A DNA stretch of 39,904 nt, from assembly GCA_964612655.1 (NCBI GenBank), contig CAZTDG010000002.1, forward strand, positions 14,957 through 54,860, read 5' to 3'. Shown in pieces: positions 27,024 through 35,261 of this stretch (positions are counted from its first letter, which is position 1; every line of letters starts with the position of its first letter). This DNA is from an uncultured Acidimicrobiales bacterium. Lineage in GTDB: Bacteria; Actinomycetota; Acidimicrobiia; Acidimicrobiales; SHLQ01. The position numbers were made by a program, and so were the translations under genes. The notes under the pieces are model-generated. The model ran no database searches, was not told the origin of the DNA, and saw nothing but the letters and a program-made list of their open reading frames with translations.

Positions 27024-27529
27024 GTGGTGACCTCCATGGTCGACGTAGCTTGAGGAGCTCCTCGAATTGCACTGTGGCACAACGCGACGGCGATCGCGTC
27101 GGCGGCGTCGACCGGACGAAGTTCGTGTTCAAGTCCGAGCTGGCTTCGCACCATGCGCTCCACTTGCTGTTTGTCCGCGTTGCCATAGCCCGTGACCGCC
27201 AACTTGATCTCGTTCGGGCTGTATTGGACCACCTCACAACCCGCCAAGGCGCCCGCTGCCATCACCACACCCGATGCATGACCGACGGCCATAGCTGTCG
27301 ACACGTTCACTTGGAACAACACACGCTCGATCGCGACCACGGCAGGTTTGAAGTCGGCGATGAGCTCGTTGACCTCGCGGTGCATAACCGCAAGTCGCGC
27401 GGGCAGCTCCGAGGAGGCATCGGTGCGAATCACACCCGCGGACACCGCACGCACCCGAGATGGTCCGGTCCATTCGATGCATCCATAACCACATCGGGTG
27501 AGACCGGGGTCGATTCCGAGTACGAACAT
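27020..27529 (-). CDS. ruvC: crossover junction endodeoxyribonuclease RuvC
   Basis: The product starts MFVLGIDPGLTRCGYG and contains AIERVLF...DAADAIAVALCH. Confidence 0.95.
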   Translation of the reverse strand: MFVLGIDPGLTRCGYGCIEWTGPSRVRAVSAGVIRTDASSELPARLAVMHREVNELIADFKPAVVAIERVLFQVNVSTAMAVGHASGVVMAAGALAGCEVVQYSPNEIKLAVTGYGNADKQQVERMVRSQLGLEHELRPVDAADAIAVALCHSAIRGAPQATSTMEVTT

Positions 27530-27537
27530 CTGTACGA
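27522..27537. promoter_or_regulatory. candidate LexA (SOS) box overlapping the ruvC start codon
   Basis: ACGAAC-atct-GTACGA matches the actinobacterial consensus TCGAAC-N4-GTTCGA at 10 of 12 half-site positions. The ruvC ATG (27529-27527) lies inside the motif. Confidence 0.35.
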
Positions 27538-27596
27538 CACTATCGTAGGAAAGGTCGCCCGTACGTGATAGTTGAGAGGCGATACGCTAGGAGGCA

Positions 27597-27953
27597 ATGG
27601 CAGATACCTCCACCGCTCCCGGAAACCTTCAGGACCCCCGCGATGGGGAGAACTCTGAGGAGCAACCGGCGGAGCGAGTCTTCTCGAAATCGGTAGTGAT
27701 CTCGGGTATCCGCTGTGTCCTCACCTACGTCATCTTCCCCTTCGTTGCCCCTCTCGTTGGCCTTACCTCCAGCGTGGGAGCCGTCGTCGGCGTGATCATC
27801 GGCGTGGTGGCGATCGTGTTCAACGTCATGAGTATTCGCCGCTTCTTCGCAGCCGACCACCCGTACAAGTGGTGGGCTAGCGCCATGAATGCAGGCGTGA
27901 TCGTGCTGTTGGTGGTGTTGTTCTTTATCGACAGTCAGACGCTGCTCGGATAG
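27597..27953 (+). CDS. small hypothetical membrane protein (acidic N-terminus, about 3 TM segments)
   Basis: A strong AGGAGG at 27589-27594 lies just upstream of the ATG. Hydrophobic segments include VISGIRCVLTYVIFPFVAPLVGL, AVVGVIIGVVAIVFNV and AGVIVLLVVLFFI. Confidence 0.65.
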   Translation: MADTSTAPGNLQDPRDGENSEEQPAERVFSKSVVISGIRCVLTYVIFPFVAPLVGLTSSVGAVVGVIIGVVAIVFNVMSIRRFFAADHPYKWWASAMNAGVIVLLVVLFFIDSQTLLG

Positions 27954-28023
27954 ACCGGTTCTTGGAAGAGCGCACCAGCTACAACTGCTCGCGCTCTCCT
28001 AGGCGTGGCTACATGACCGGGGT

Positions 28024-28998
28024 GTGGTTGCCGATAGGAGCGCCGTGCCGGATATCACCCCGCTCACCGTTCGCCGGATTCGCTTCGACTGGGAAGACGA
28101 TGTCGACCCGGACCGCTGGCATCACACGATGCCCGAGTTCGGCGCGGGCGCGAACGCGGTTTCACTGATGATGCCTCACGCTGAGCCCTTCGTGATTTCG
28201 GCTGTGCGACGGGGGCTCGCCGAGTGCGAGAACCCGACACCTGAACTGCAATCGACGGTCGACCAGTGGGCTGGTCAAGAGGCAGCTCACTTCAAACAGC
28301 ACCGCGCGTTCAACCGTCGTCTCACCGAACGGTCGGCCATCGCCCGGTTCCTTGACCGCCTGGGTGCACGAATCTTCTCCTCCCTGTCTCGCCGGTCGTC
28401 CGCCTTTGGCTTGGCCTTCGCCGCAGCGTTCGAATTGGTGGCCTTTAGCGCCGCCCGGTGGGCTGAATCAGGCCTGCGGCGCTACTTCGGTGGCGCCGAC
28501 GAACGAGCGGCGACATTGTTCTTGTGGCATCTCGCCGAAGAGATCGAACACAAAGGGATTGCCCACGACGTGGTGCACGCCCACCCAACGGCACTGAAGA
28601 AGATGCCTCTAGCGATCTGGGTCGCTTTCGTGGTTCTGGTCGGTTACACCGCGCTCGGCGGGATCCTGTTGTTCGTTCGCTCGGCGGCTGCACTCAACCC
28701 CATCCGGTGGGCACGGCTGATCACTTGGGGTTTCAGCATGAACTTCGTGGTCATGCCGGTTCTGAGCGGCGCGTTACTTCGAGACTTTCACCCCGACCAT
28801 TTGGTTGACCCGCCGTGGATGGCCCAGTGGTTGGGAGAGTACGACCCCGAAAGTGAGACCCTCCCTCTATGGACCGAGGCTGGCTTGGCCCAAGGTGGTT
28901 CTTCCACGCAACGCGAGCTATTCCTCAGTGGTCTCGAGAGCGTCGACGACGAGGGCGACGAGATCGGTGCCGAGGAGCGCGTCGAGCTCATCCCGTAG
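28024..28998 (+). CDS. putative metal-dependent hydrolase (PF10118-like)
   Basis: The WHLAEEIEHKGIAHDV motif and QEAAHFKQH fit my recollection of that family. An alternative GTG at 28045 is preceded by AGGAG (28036-28040). Confidence 0.55.
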   Translation: MVADRSAVPDITPLTVRRIRFDWEDDVDPDRWHHTMPEFGAGANAVSLMMPHAEPFVISAVRRGLAECENPTPELQSTVDQWAGQEAAHFKQHRAFNRRLTERSAIARFLDRLGARIFSSLSRRSSAFGLAFAAAFELVAFSAARWAESGLRRYFGGADERAATLFLWHLAEEIEHKGIAHDVVHAHPTALKKMPLAIWVAFVVLVGYTALGGILLFVRSAAALNPIRWARLITWGFSMNFVVMPVLSGALLRDFHPDHLVDPPWMAQWLGEYDPESETLPLWTEAGLAQGGSSTQRELFLSGLESVDDEGDEIGAEERVELIP

Positions 28999-29595
28999 CG
29001 AATCGATCACCGGTCGATCGCCGACAAAGGCCTCTGCACCGTCTTTGACTTGGGTACAGCACCACGCCATGTCGGCCCCTTCGGTTCCCCAGTCAGAGCG
29101 CAACCATCCTCGCAATCGCGTGGCGTTCTCCCCGTGATCGACCTTGAGGGGCAGTTGCCAACAGATTGAGGGCTTCCACTCGATGGGCGATTCATCGCAT
29201 CGTTGCGCTTCCGCGTGGAGCGCGCAACCGTGTCCGCCGGTAAATCCTGGTCGATTCAGGAAGATGCACGCGCCGTCCACCACCCGGGTGTTGGCCTTGC
29301 CACTCGGTGTTAGCTCATCGGCGAACGCGCCGCCTTCGACATACTCCCCGTGATGCTGAAAGTTCGCGGGCTCGATCGTGGCCGCGAGCGCAGCGATCGT
29401 CATCGCCTCGTCGTCGTTCAATAGTTCTGCCCCGACGCTGCAGCAACCGAGTCCGCCGGCCGCGTCCGCGTCTGGCTCGATGCCGTGACAGCCTCGGTCC
29501 CAGATACACGTCCACGACGATCGCAAAAAGTCGGCGTCGATCTCCCATACTTCGCCGTCATGTTCGACCGAGAGCCAATGTTCTTCAGAAACCAT
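28918..29595 (-). CDS. cysteine-rich hypothetical protein (YkgJ/DUF3109-like putative metal or Fe-S binding)
   Basis: The protein has 10 Cys in 225 aa. They occur in WTCIWDRGCHG, GLGCCSVG, DGACIFL, GGHGCALH, KPSICWQLP and AWCC. The family assignment is tentative. Confidence 0.55.
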   Translation of the reverse strand: MVSEEHWLSVEHDGEVWEIDADFLRSSWTCIWDRGCHGIEPDADAAGGLGCCSVGAELLNDDEAMTIAALAATIEPANFQHHGEYVEGGAFADELTPSGKANTRVVDGACIFLNRPGFTGGHGCALHAEAQRCDESPIEWKPSICWQLPLKVDHGENATRLRGWLRSDWGTEGADMAWCCTQVKDGAEAFVGDRPVIDSLRDELDALLGTDLVALVVDALETTEE

Positions 29596-29781
29596 CGAGG
29601 CGACTGTACTCAGACTGCTAGCCGATCGACCGATTCTTTAGAGTTGGGTAAGATTCATGTAAACGGGGTGTGAAATGTGACGTCTGACCGCAAGTAACTC
29701 CCGTTCAGTCCGAATTTGTCCAATTTCTCCAATACCTTTGGTGGCACAACGACGGGAACTACCCGAGATAGCGAGCAAGTA
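29596..29781 (+). promoter_or_regulatory. divergent promoter region and long, lower-GC 5' leader of cspA
   Basis: This is a 186-bp gap between divergent starts and is noticeably AT-richer than its flanks. It contains AACGGG...CCCGTT (6-bp arms, 32-nt spacer). Long structured leaders are typical of csp genes. Confidence 0.3.
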
Positions 29782-29982
29782 ATGCCAACCGGAACCGTGA
29801 AGTTCTTCTCCAGCGAGAAGGGATACGGCTTCATCTCACGTGACGAGGGCGAAGACGTATTCGTTCACTTCAGCAACATCGAAGGCGACGGCTACCGAAA
29901 CCTTGAACAAGGCCAGGAAGTCGAATTCGAAATCGGACCAGGCCGCAAAGGCGACGAAGCACTGAAAGTTCGAGCTCTCTAG
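29782..29982 (+). CDS. cspA: cold-shock protein (CSD)
   Basis: The product is [33 protein letters not shown], with RNP1 KGYGFI and RNP2 VFVHF. It was trimmed from a TTG-extended ORF to the ATG at 29782. Confidence 0.93.
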   Translation: MPTGTVKFFSSEKGYGFISRDEGEDVFVHFSNIEGDGYRNLEQGQEVEFEIGPGRKGDEALKVRAL

Positions 29983-29991
29983 CTCGACGCA

Positions 29992-31581
29992 CTAGTAGTC
30001 GGTGGCGACGCCACCGACCTTTACGCGGCGGTCGACGTAATCCCGTAGTTCACTAACAACGGTTTCGTCGATATTCGGAGGTTCATACTCTGATAGCGAG
30101 CGTTCAAAAACGGATACTGCGTGATCCTGTGCCGTAGGCGAACCTGCCTCTTCCCAGGTTTCAAAGTTCCGCCAGTCGGAGATGAACGGCATATAGAACG
30201 CGTCCCGGTAACGGTCTTGGGTGTGTTGGGTGCCAAAGAAATGGCCGCCCGGCCCGACTTCGGCGATCGCGTCGAGAGCGAGTTCTGCGTTGTCGATCCG
30301 AAGCGGTTCCAGAAACGTTTGGACCATCGCGAGTAGATCCGCGTCGAGCACGAGCTTTTCGTAGCTCGCTCGGAGGCCGCCTTCGAGCCATCCAGCGCCA
30401 TGGAACACGATGTTCGCTCCGCCCATGATCGCCCCCCACAGCGAGAACACCGACTCGTAGCCCGCTTGGGCATCGACGGCATTTGCCGCGTTCACATTCG
30501 ACGAGCGATACGGCAATCCATACCGGCGGGCCAGTTGACCGCCGAGCAGCGCCGCCTTCATGAACTCCGGGGTACCAAACGCCGGTGAACCCGACCGCAT
30601 ATCCACATTGGACGTGAAGCCGCCGTATGCCACGGGGGCTCCCGGGCGAACCAGCTGTGCCAACGCAATCCCCGCGAGCGCTTCGGCGTTCTGTTGGGTA
30701 ACCGCTCCTGCGATCGTCACCGGTGCCATCGCTCCAGCGAGGGTGAACGGGGTGATGATCGACAATTGGCCGTGGCGGGCGTGCTCGATGATGCCTTGAC
30801 ACATCGGGACGTCGAGGCGCAGTGGCGAGGAGGTGTTGATGACGGTGTGCAGGCTCGGCTCCTGGTCGAGCTGTTCGGCGGTAATGCCCCGGGCGATACG
30901 CACCATCTCGAGACAATCCTGATTTCGTTCCCGTCCCAAGCTGTAGGCGTTGATGGCCTTGTCGCTGAGCGTCAGCAGGTCATAGGTGGCGTGGAGGTGT
31001 CGCACCGAAGGGTGGATGTCCGCTGGCTCAACGGGGTACCCGGCGTGCATATGAATCGAGTTGAAGTAGTGGGTTAGCTGCACCAACTTCTTGAAGTCTT
31101 CGTGGTTGCCCGTGCGCCGCCCTCCGGCAACATCGCTCACGTTGGGCGGGCTTCCGACGGCGGTGAAGACCACATTGTCGCCACCGATCTGCAGGTTTCG
31201 CTCCGGGTTCCGGGCGTGCAAGGTGAACTCCGAGGGAGCATGCCCAACCGCTTCGACAACCATCTCGGGGTCGAAACGCACCCGTTCGCCTTCGATTGAG
31301 CATCCCGCCGCAGCAAAGATCTTTCGGGCATCGGGTTCGAGCACGTCGAGGCCGATGTCTCGAAGCACGTCGAGCGACGCGTCGTGAATAGCTTCGAGTT
31401 GGTCTCGGTCAATGATCTCCGTGGGAGCGAAAGGGCGTCGGACCTGGGTAAAGGGCGCCTGCGTCAGCGTTGTCGACACACCCTCGCGTGCGCGCCCGCC
31501 TCGACGACCTCTGCGCCGAGGAGCGGCGGTCTCGCTCGCTCCCGAATCGGGCTGCGACGGCGAGTTTGGGTCATCGGACAT
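29992..31581 (-). CDS. MttB-superfamily (trimethylamine methyltransferase-like) protein, non-pyrrolysine type
   Basis: The 529-aa ORF is uninterrupted, with no in-frame amber codon. It has an Arg/Gly-rich N-terminus (PRRRGRRGGRAREG). The body is TIM-barrel-like and resembles MttB/MtgB homologues (IDRDQLEAIHDASLDVLRDIGL...). Confidence 0.75.
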   Translation of the reverse strand: MSDDPNSPSQPDSGASETAAPRRRGRRGGRAREGVSTTLTQAPFTQVRRPFAPTEIIDRDQLEAIHDASLDVLRDIGLDVLEPDARKIFAAAGCSIEGERVRFDPEMVVEAVGHAPSEFTLHARNPERNLQIGGDNVVFTAVGSPPNVSDVAGGRRTGNHEDFKKLVQLTHYFNSIHMHAGYPVEPADIHPSVRHLHATYDLLTLSDKAINAYSLGRERNQDCLEMVRIARGITAEQLDQEPSLHTVINTSSPLRLDVPMCQGIIEHARHGQLSIITPFTLAGAMAPVTIAGAVTQQNAEALAGIALAQLVRPGAPVAYGGFTSNVDMRSGSPAFGTPEFMKAALLGGQLARRYGLPYRSSNVNAANAVDAQAGYESVFSLWGAIMGGANIVFHGAGWLEGGLRASYEKLVLDADLLAMVQTFLEPLRIDNAELALDAIAEVGPGGHFFGTQHTQDRYRDAFYMPFISDWRNFETWEEAGSPTAQDHAVSVFERSLSEYEPPNIDETVVSELRDYVDRRVKVGGVATDY

Positions 31582-31616
31582 CGACGAACTCTAGAGCGTT
31601 GGAGTCGCGCTGGGCA

Positions 31617-32588
31617 ATGATCACAAACCTCGACGTGGTGTTCGCCGCGCCGACCCTCCAGAATCAGGCAATGGACTTCGGTGATGCGCTGCTCTTCAGC
31701 TCCCTCGTGTGGAGCGAGTCCATCCCAAAGCTCCGCATTCGACGCAACGGCGACGAATCGACCCTCGTACCAATCGAGGACATTCGACTTCGCTACAGCA
31801 TCGATCCGAGCCAAACGCGTCGCTGCGTCGGGCACAATCCGTTTCGAGACCCGAGTACCCCATGGGTCGATTGCGATGCCGCCCCCTTGCCCCAATCGCG
31901 TACCTGCGACCGGTGCAGCGCCATCGACGCGACCTTCGCCTCCCAGCTACACCACGCGCATACGTTGGGAACCGGCGAGATCGACGCTGCGGTCCGAACC
32001 CACCTCGATAAGCCCAACGTGGCCTATCTGGCGGGCTTCCGCGATGGATCGGTAAAGATCGGCACGTCGACCGCGCCGCGTCTAGAAACACGATTGCGTG
32101 AACAAGGCGCATGGGCTGCCCGCATCGTGGCCCACACCACCAACGGCTTTGCCGTTCGGGTTCTCGAAGACACCGCCACCGCCGAGCTCGGGTTGGCACA
32201 GTCGGTATCGATCCGACGCAAGCTCAATGGCCTCACCCAACCCAAGGCTGAAGACTCCCTGGACCGCGAACTGTCCAGTTGGGTATTCGGCGTGCACCGG
32301 ATCATCAACGAACTCGACGATGACCGCCTCTCGCCAGTGGACGAACCGTGGGAGAACCCTCTTCGGGGCTCCCCGACATGGCAAGGGCTGCACCATTACC
32401 CGCATCGACTCGACCGGGGCTCGCACGACCTCCAACTCGTAGGCGCCTGCGGCCGAGCCGTCCAAGCCGTGCGGCCTGGCGGCGATGACCGTTTCGTACT
32501 CGACGTCGGCCAACTCTTCGGTCACGAGATCGCCCTCGCTGACGATGTGGTGGCCGATGAAGTCACCGTGCAAGACAGTCTCTTCTAG
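31617..32588 (+). CDS. DUF2797-like protein (Cys4 zinc-ribbon-like segment plus GIY-YIG/T5orf172-like core)
   Basis: The Cys-containing stretch is RRCVGHNPF...WVDCDAAP...RTCDRCSAID, followed by VAYLAGFRDGSVKIGTSTAPRLETRLREQGA. It was trimmed to ATG 31617 because the track ORF overlaps the divergent mttB-like gene. ATG 31671 is an alternative start. Confidence 0.55.
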   Translation: MITNLDVVFAAPTLQNQAMDFGDALLFSSLVWSESIPKLRIRRNGDESTLVPIEDIRLRYSIDPSQTRRCVGHNPFRDPSTPWVDCDAAPLPQSRTCDRCSAIDATFASQLHHAHTLGTGEIDAAVRTHLDKPNVAYLAGFRDGSVKIGTSTAPRLETRLREQGAWAARIVAHTTNGFAVRVLEDTATAELGLAQSVSIRRKLNGLTQPKAEDSLDRELSSWVFGVHRIINELDDDRLSPVDEPWENPLRGSPTWQGLHHYPHRLDRGSHDLQLVGACGRAVQAVRPGGDDRFVLDVGQLFGHEIALADDVVADEVTVQDSLF

Positions 32589-32634
32589 ACCGTGCTGGCT
32601 CAACTAGTCTCGCAGTCATGCACGGCGTAGTCCG

Positions 32635-34080
32635 GTGGCCGTCGACATGACCGGTCCACCAGTCGGATCACATGGTCTCGTGGCGCATCCTCGGCCGGCG
32701 GCGTTTCCTTTTGGCCCGCCATCGCTCGCCGAACTGCTCGACGTTGGCTCGCAGGATTACCCAGATCGTTTGGCGCTCATCGACGGTGACCAAACGTGGA
32801 CCTACCGGGAACTCCACGACGAGGTGATCGAACGGGCGACCGAGCTAGCCCGGGGCGGTTTCTCGTATTGGCCCGTGGAGAGTTCGGCGGAGCTGATCAT
32901 CTCCGTGCTCGCCGGGTTTAGGTCCGGTCACGGTTGGATCGCGTCCCGAGCGCCTCAGAATCTCGACACATCGGCACTGGCCACGAGTGTTTCGGCACCG
33001 AGCATCGACCCCCAAGATCCCGCGGTGGTCGCCTTCACCTCGGGAACTACCGGCGAACCCAAACGTGTCGTACATAGTCAGCACTCGTTGCTGCTGCCCT
33101 GCCTCGTGAGCATCGCTGTCGAACCCCCACAACCCGGAGAACGGATCGGTACTCCGCTCGATCTGCGAATCGCGAACGTGATGGTCCTCGGCCCTCTGTC
33201 AGCGTTCGCAAGGGGCAGCACCTACGTCGTGATGCGACGGCGGTACGCGACCGGGATAAGCCAAGACATCGCGGCTCACGGGGTCACGCGACTGCTTGCG
33301 GTACCCACATTGGCCTATGACCTCGCCGCTAGCTCGGAGGTCGACCCTGAACAGCTCCAAACACTCGATCGAGTCATACTCGGCGGCTCCGGCGGCGACC
33401 CGGCCACCCAGCAGCGCTTCTTCGACCGGTTCGGTGTGCGACCGACGCTGAGTTACGGGTTGAGTGAAGCTCCGACGGGGGTCGTTCGCGAATCGCTGGC
33501 CGATCCAATCGGGTCGCGCAAAGGCCACCCGCTCCCCCACGTTGAGGTCGTCATCGCCGATCCCGAGACCGGAAGCGAAAACCCGATCGGAGAAGTGGGC
33601 GAGGTGTGCCTTCGGAGCGCCAGCGCCGGACCGTGGGCGGGGACGTGGACCGGGACGCTGGGATACCTCGGCCAACCCGAACTCACCGAGCGGCTGTTCC
33701 GCGACGGGCTCCTCCATACAGGCGACATGGGCGCCACGGATACAGAGGGTCGGATCTCGATCACTGGTCGTCTCAGCCAACTGATCATCCGCGGCGGCGA
33801 AAACGTCGACCCCGAATCGATACGGCGGGCGCTGGTCTTAGACCCGACCGTTGCTGATGCGCACGTCGTTGGCTACCCGGACGATCGACTCGGACAACGC
33901 ATCGGGGCTGCGGTTGTTGTGGCCGACGGCGCCGAATTCGACCCGGGCGCCATTCAAGCGCGCCTTGCCGAAAACGGACCCGATGTTTCCTTCCCCGACA
34001 GGCTCGTCCTTCTCGAGGAGATCCCGCGCAACCAAATGGGCAAAGTCGCGGGTCTGCCCGACGAGCTGTTTACCGATTGA
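32635..34080 (+). CDS. AMP-dependent synthetase/ligase (class I adenylate-forming enzyme)
   Basis: The product contains AFTSGTTGEPKRVVHS (A3 motif), SYGLSEAP, TGDMG..DTEGRISITGR and IIRGGENVDP, plus the C-terminal catalytic Lys region (RNQMGKV). Confidence 0.85.
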   Translation: MAVDMTGPPVGSHGLVAHPRPAAFPFGPPSLAELLDVGSQDYPDRLALIDGDQTWTYRELHDEVIERATELARGGFSYWPVESSAELIISVLAGFRSGHGWIASRAPQNLDTSALATSVSAPSIDPQDPAVVAFTSGTTGEPKRVVHSQHSLLLPCLVSIAVEPPQPGERIGTPLDLRIANVMVLGPLSAFARGSTYVVMRRRYATGISQDIAAHGVTRLLAVPTLAYDLAASSEVDPEQLQTLDRVILGGSGGDPATQQRFFDRFGVRPTLSYGLSEAPTGVVRESLADPIGSRKGHPLPHVEVVIADPETGSENPIGEVGEVCLRSASAGPWAGTWTGTLGYLGQPELTERLFRDGLLHTGDMGATDTEGRISITGRLSQLIIRGGENVDPESIRRALVLDPTVADAHVVGYPDDRLGQRIGAAVVVADGAEFDPGAIQARLAENGPDVSFPDRLVLLEEIPRNQMGKVAGLPDELFTD

Positions 34081-34095
34081 GCGCTGCGTTAGCGC
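34081..34095. terminator. short hairpin bridging two convergent stop codons
   Basis: GCGCT-gcgtt-AGCGC forms a 5-bp stem. It lies between the ligase TGA (34078-34080) and overlaps the RTX-CAP TAA (34089-34091). Confidence 0.2.
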
Positions 34096-35261
34096 CAGTT
34101 GCAGGAGATTGCGGTGCGATCGGTTTCGAGCCCTCGCAGCGGTTGACCGTCGAAGCGGTTTCCGGTTTCTGGGCTTTGGTCGCCAGCGAACATGAAGGTC
34201 GCAATGATGCCCGGTCCGTCGGCCTCGAGGGTCGTCGCACCAATACCAACGGTGTCGAAGTTCGGGTTGAGGATGTTGCACAAGTGCGACCCGCTCGCCA
34301 CCAATGTGGTGTGCAGATGAGATGCTCGTTGTGTGCCGGTCCAGGCAACGTTCTCTCCTGCGGTGGCGTACCCAAGTGTGGGAACAGCGTTCTCCCAGGT
34401 ACCCGAGTGCCGTAGCCACGACGTTCGACCATTGGCCCGGTCTATCTGGAGCTGAGCAGACCATTCTTCGGCCCAACTATCGAGCGCCGGTTCGATAGTG
34501 AGCCGGTTCAAACCGCACACCTCTCGGGTGTCGTTCAAGAGCGCAAGAAGTTGAAGCTCGAGCACGCCGGAGCTCTCGTATTGGGCAAAGTGGTCGAAGA
34601 TCGCCTGCTGGGTGCACGCTGGCACCGAGTTGGGAGCCCGCACCGTGGTGGCGGCAAAGCCCTGCGGCTCGGGGACCCTGAAATTGCTCAGCTGACCTTC
34701 GACCAGTCGCCCATCTTGAACGACGGCGTCGTTACCGTCTCCCCCGTCGGCAATTTCTCCGGCGGTCGAGACGAGAGAGTCGGACCCTCTGTCGCCGAAG
34801 AGCGCATCATGACCGAGGTCTCCACTGAGGTAGTCGAGCCCGTTACCGCCGCGGAGCTCATCATCGTCAGTGTCACCGCGAACAGCGTCATCATGGCGAC
34901 CACCGCGCAGGTCATCGTCGCCCTCGCCCCCATAGACCACGTCCTTGCCCCGGTTCCCGCGGATGAGGTCGTCGCCCTCACCGCCGTAGATCAGGTCCGC
35001 GCCGTTATTTCCCCAGACCAGGTCATCGCCGGGTCCTGCGCAAATGAGATCGTCACCGGCCCGACCCCGAATCTGGTCGTTTCCACCCAACGCCACAAAG
35101 ACGTCGACGCCTTTGGTTCCAATGAGAATGTCGTTTCCGGGAGTACCGACGATGGTCGCTGCGTGGCCTTCGCAGTACAGCTGCGCTTGCGCGCCGACAG
35201 GACCGGCGCTGAGCACCGATGCGACGAGCGCCGCGACAACAAAGAGTCTTGCCAATTTCAC
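34089..35261 (-). CDS. secreted protein with hemolysin-type Ca2+-binding (RTX) repeats fused to a C-terminal CAP/SCP (PR-1-like) domain
   Basis: The Sec-type signal is MKLARLFVVAALVASVLSAGPVGAQA. At least 10 GGxGxD-type nonapeptides follow (GGNDQIRG, GPGDDLVWG, GGEGDDLIRG...). The C-terminus reads GENVAW...HLHTTLVASGSHLCNILNPNFDTVGIG, which is CAP-like. GTG start at 35261. Confidence 0.75.
   Translation of the reverse strand: MKLARLFVVAALVASVLSAGPVGAQAQLYCEGHAATIVGTPGNDILIGTKGVDVFVALGGNDQIRGRAGDDLICAGPGDDLVWGNNGADLIYGGEGDDLIRGNRGKDVVYGGEGDDDLRGGRHDDAVRGDTDDDELRGGNGLDYLSGDLGHDALFGDRGSDSLVSTAGEIADGGDGNDAVVQDGRLVEGQLSNFRVPEPQGFAATTVRAPNSVPACTQQAIFDHFAQYESSGVLELQLLALLNDTREVCGLNRLTIEPALDSWAEEWSAQLQIDRANGRTSWLRHSGTWENAVPTLGYATAGENVAWTGTQRASHLHTTLVASGSHLCNILNPNFDTVGIGATTLEADGPGIIATFMFAGDQSPETGNRFDGQPLRGLETDRTAISCNWR

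Noticed and set aside
29992-31581. The MttB-family gene could contain a pyrrolysine (in-frame TAG) codon.
   Set aside because: The 529-codon reading frame is uninterrupted. There are no pyl genes in the window, which fits the non-Pyl branch of the superfamily.
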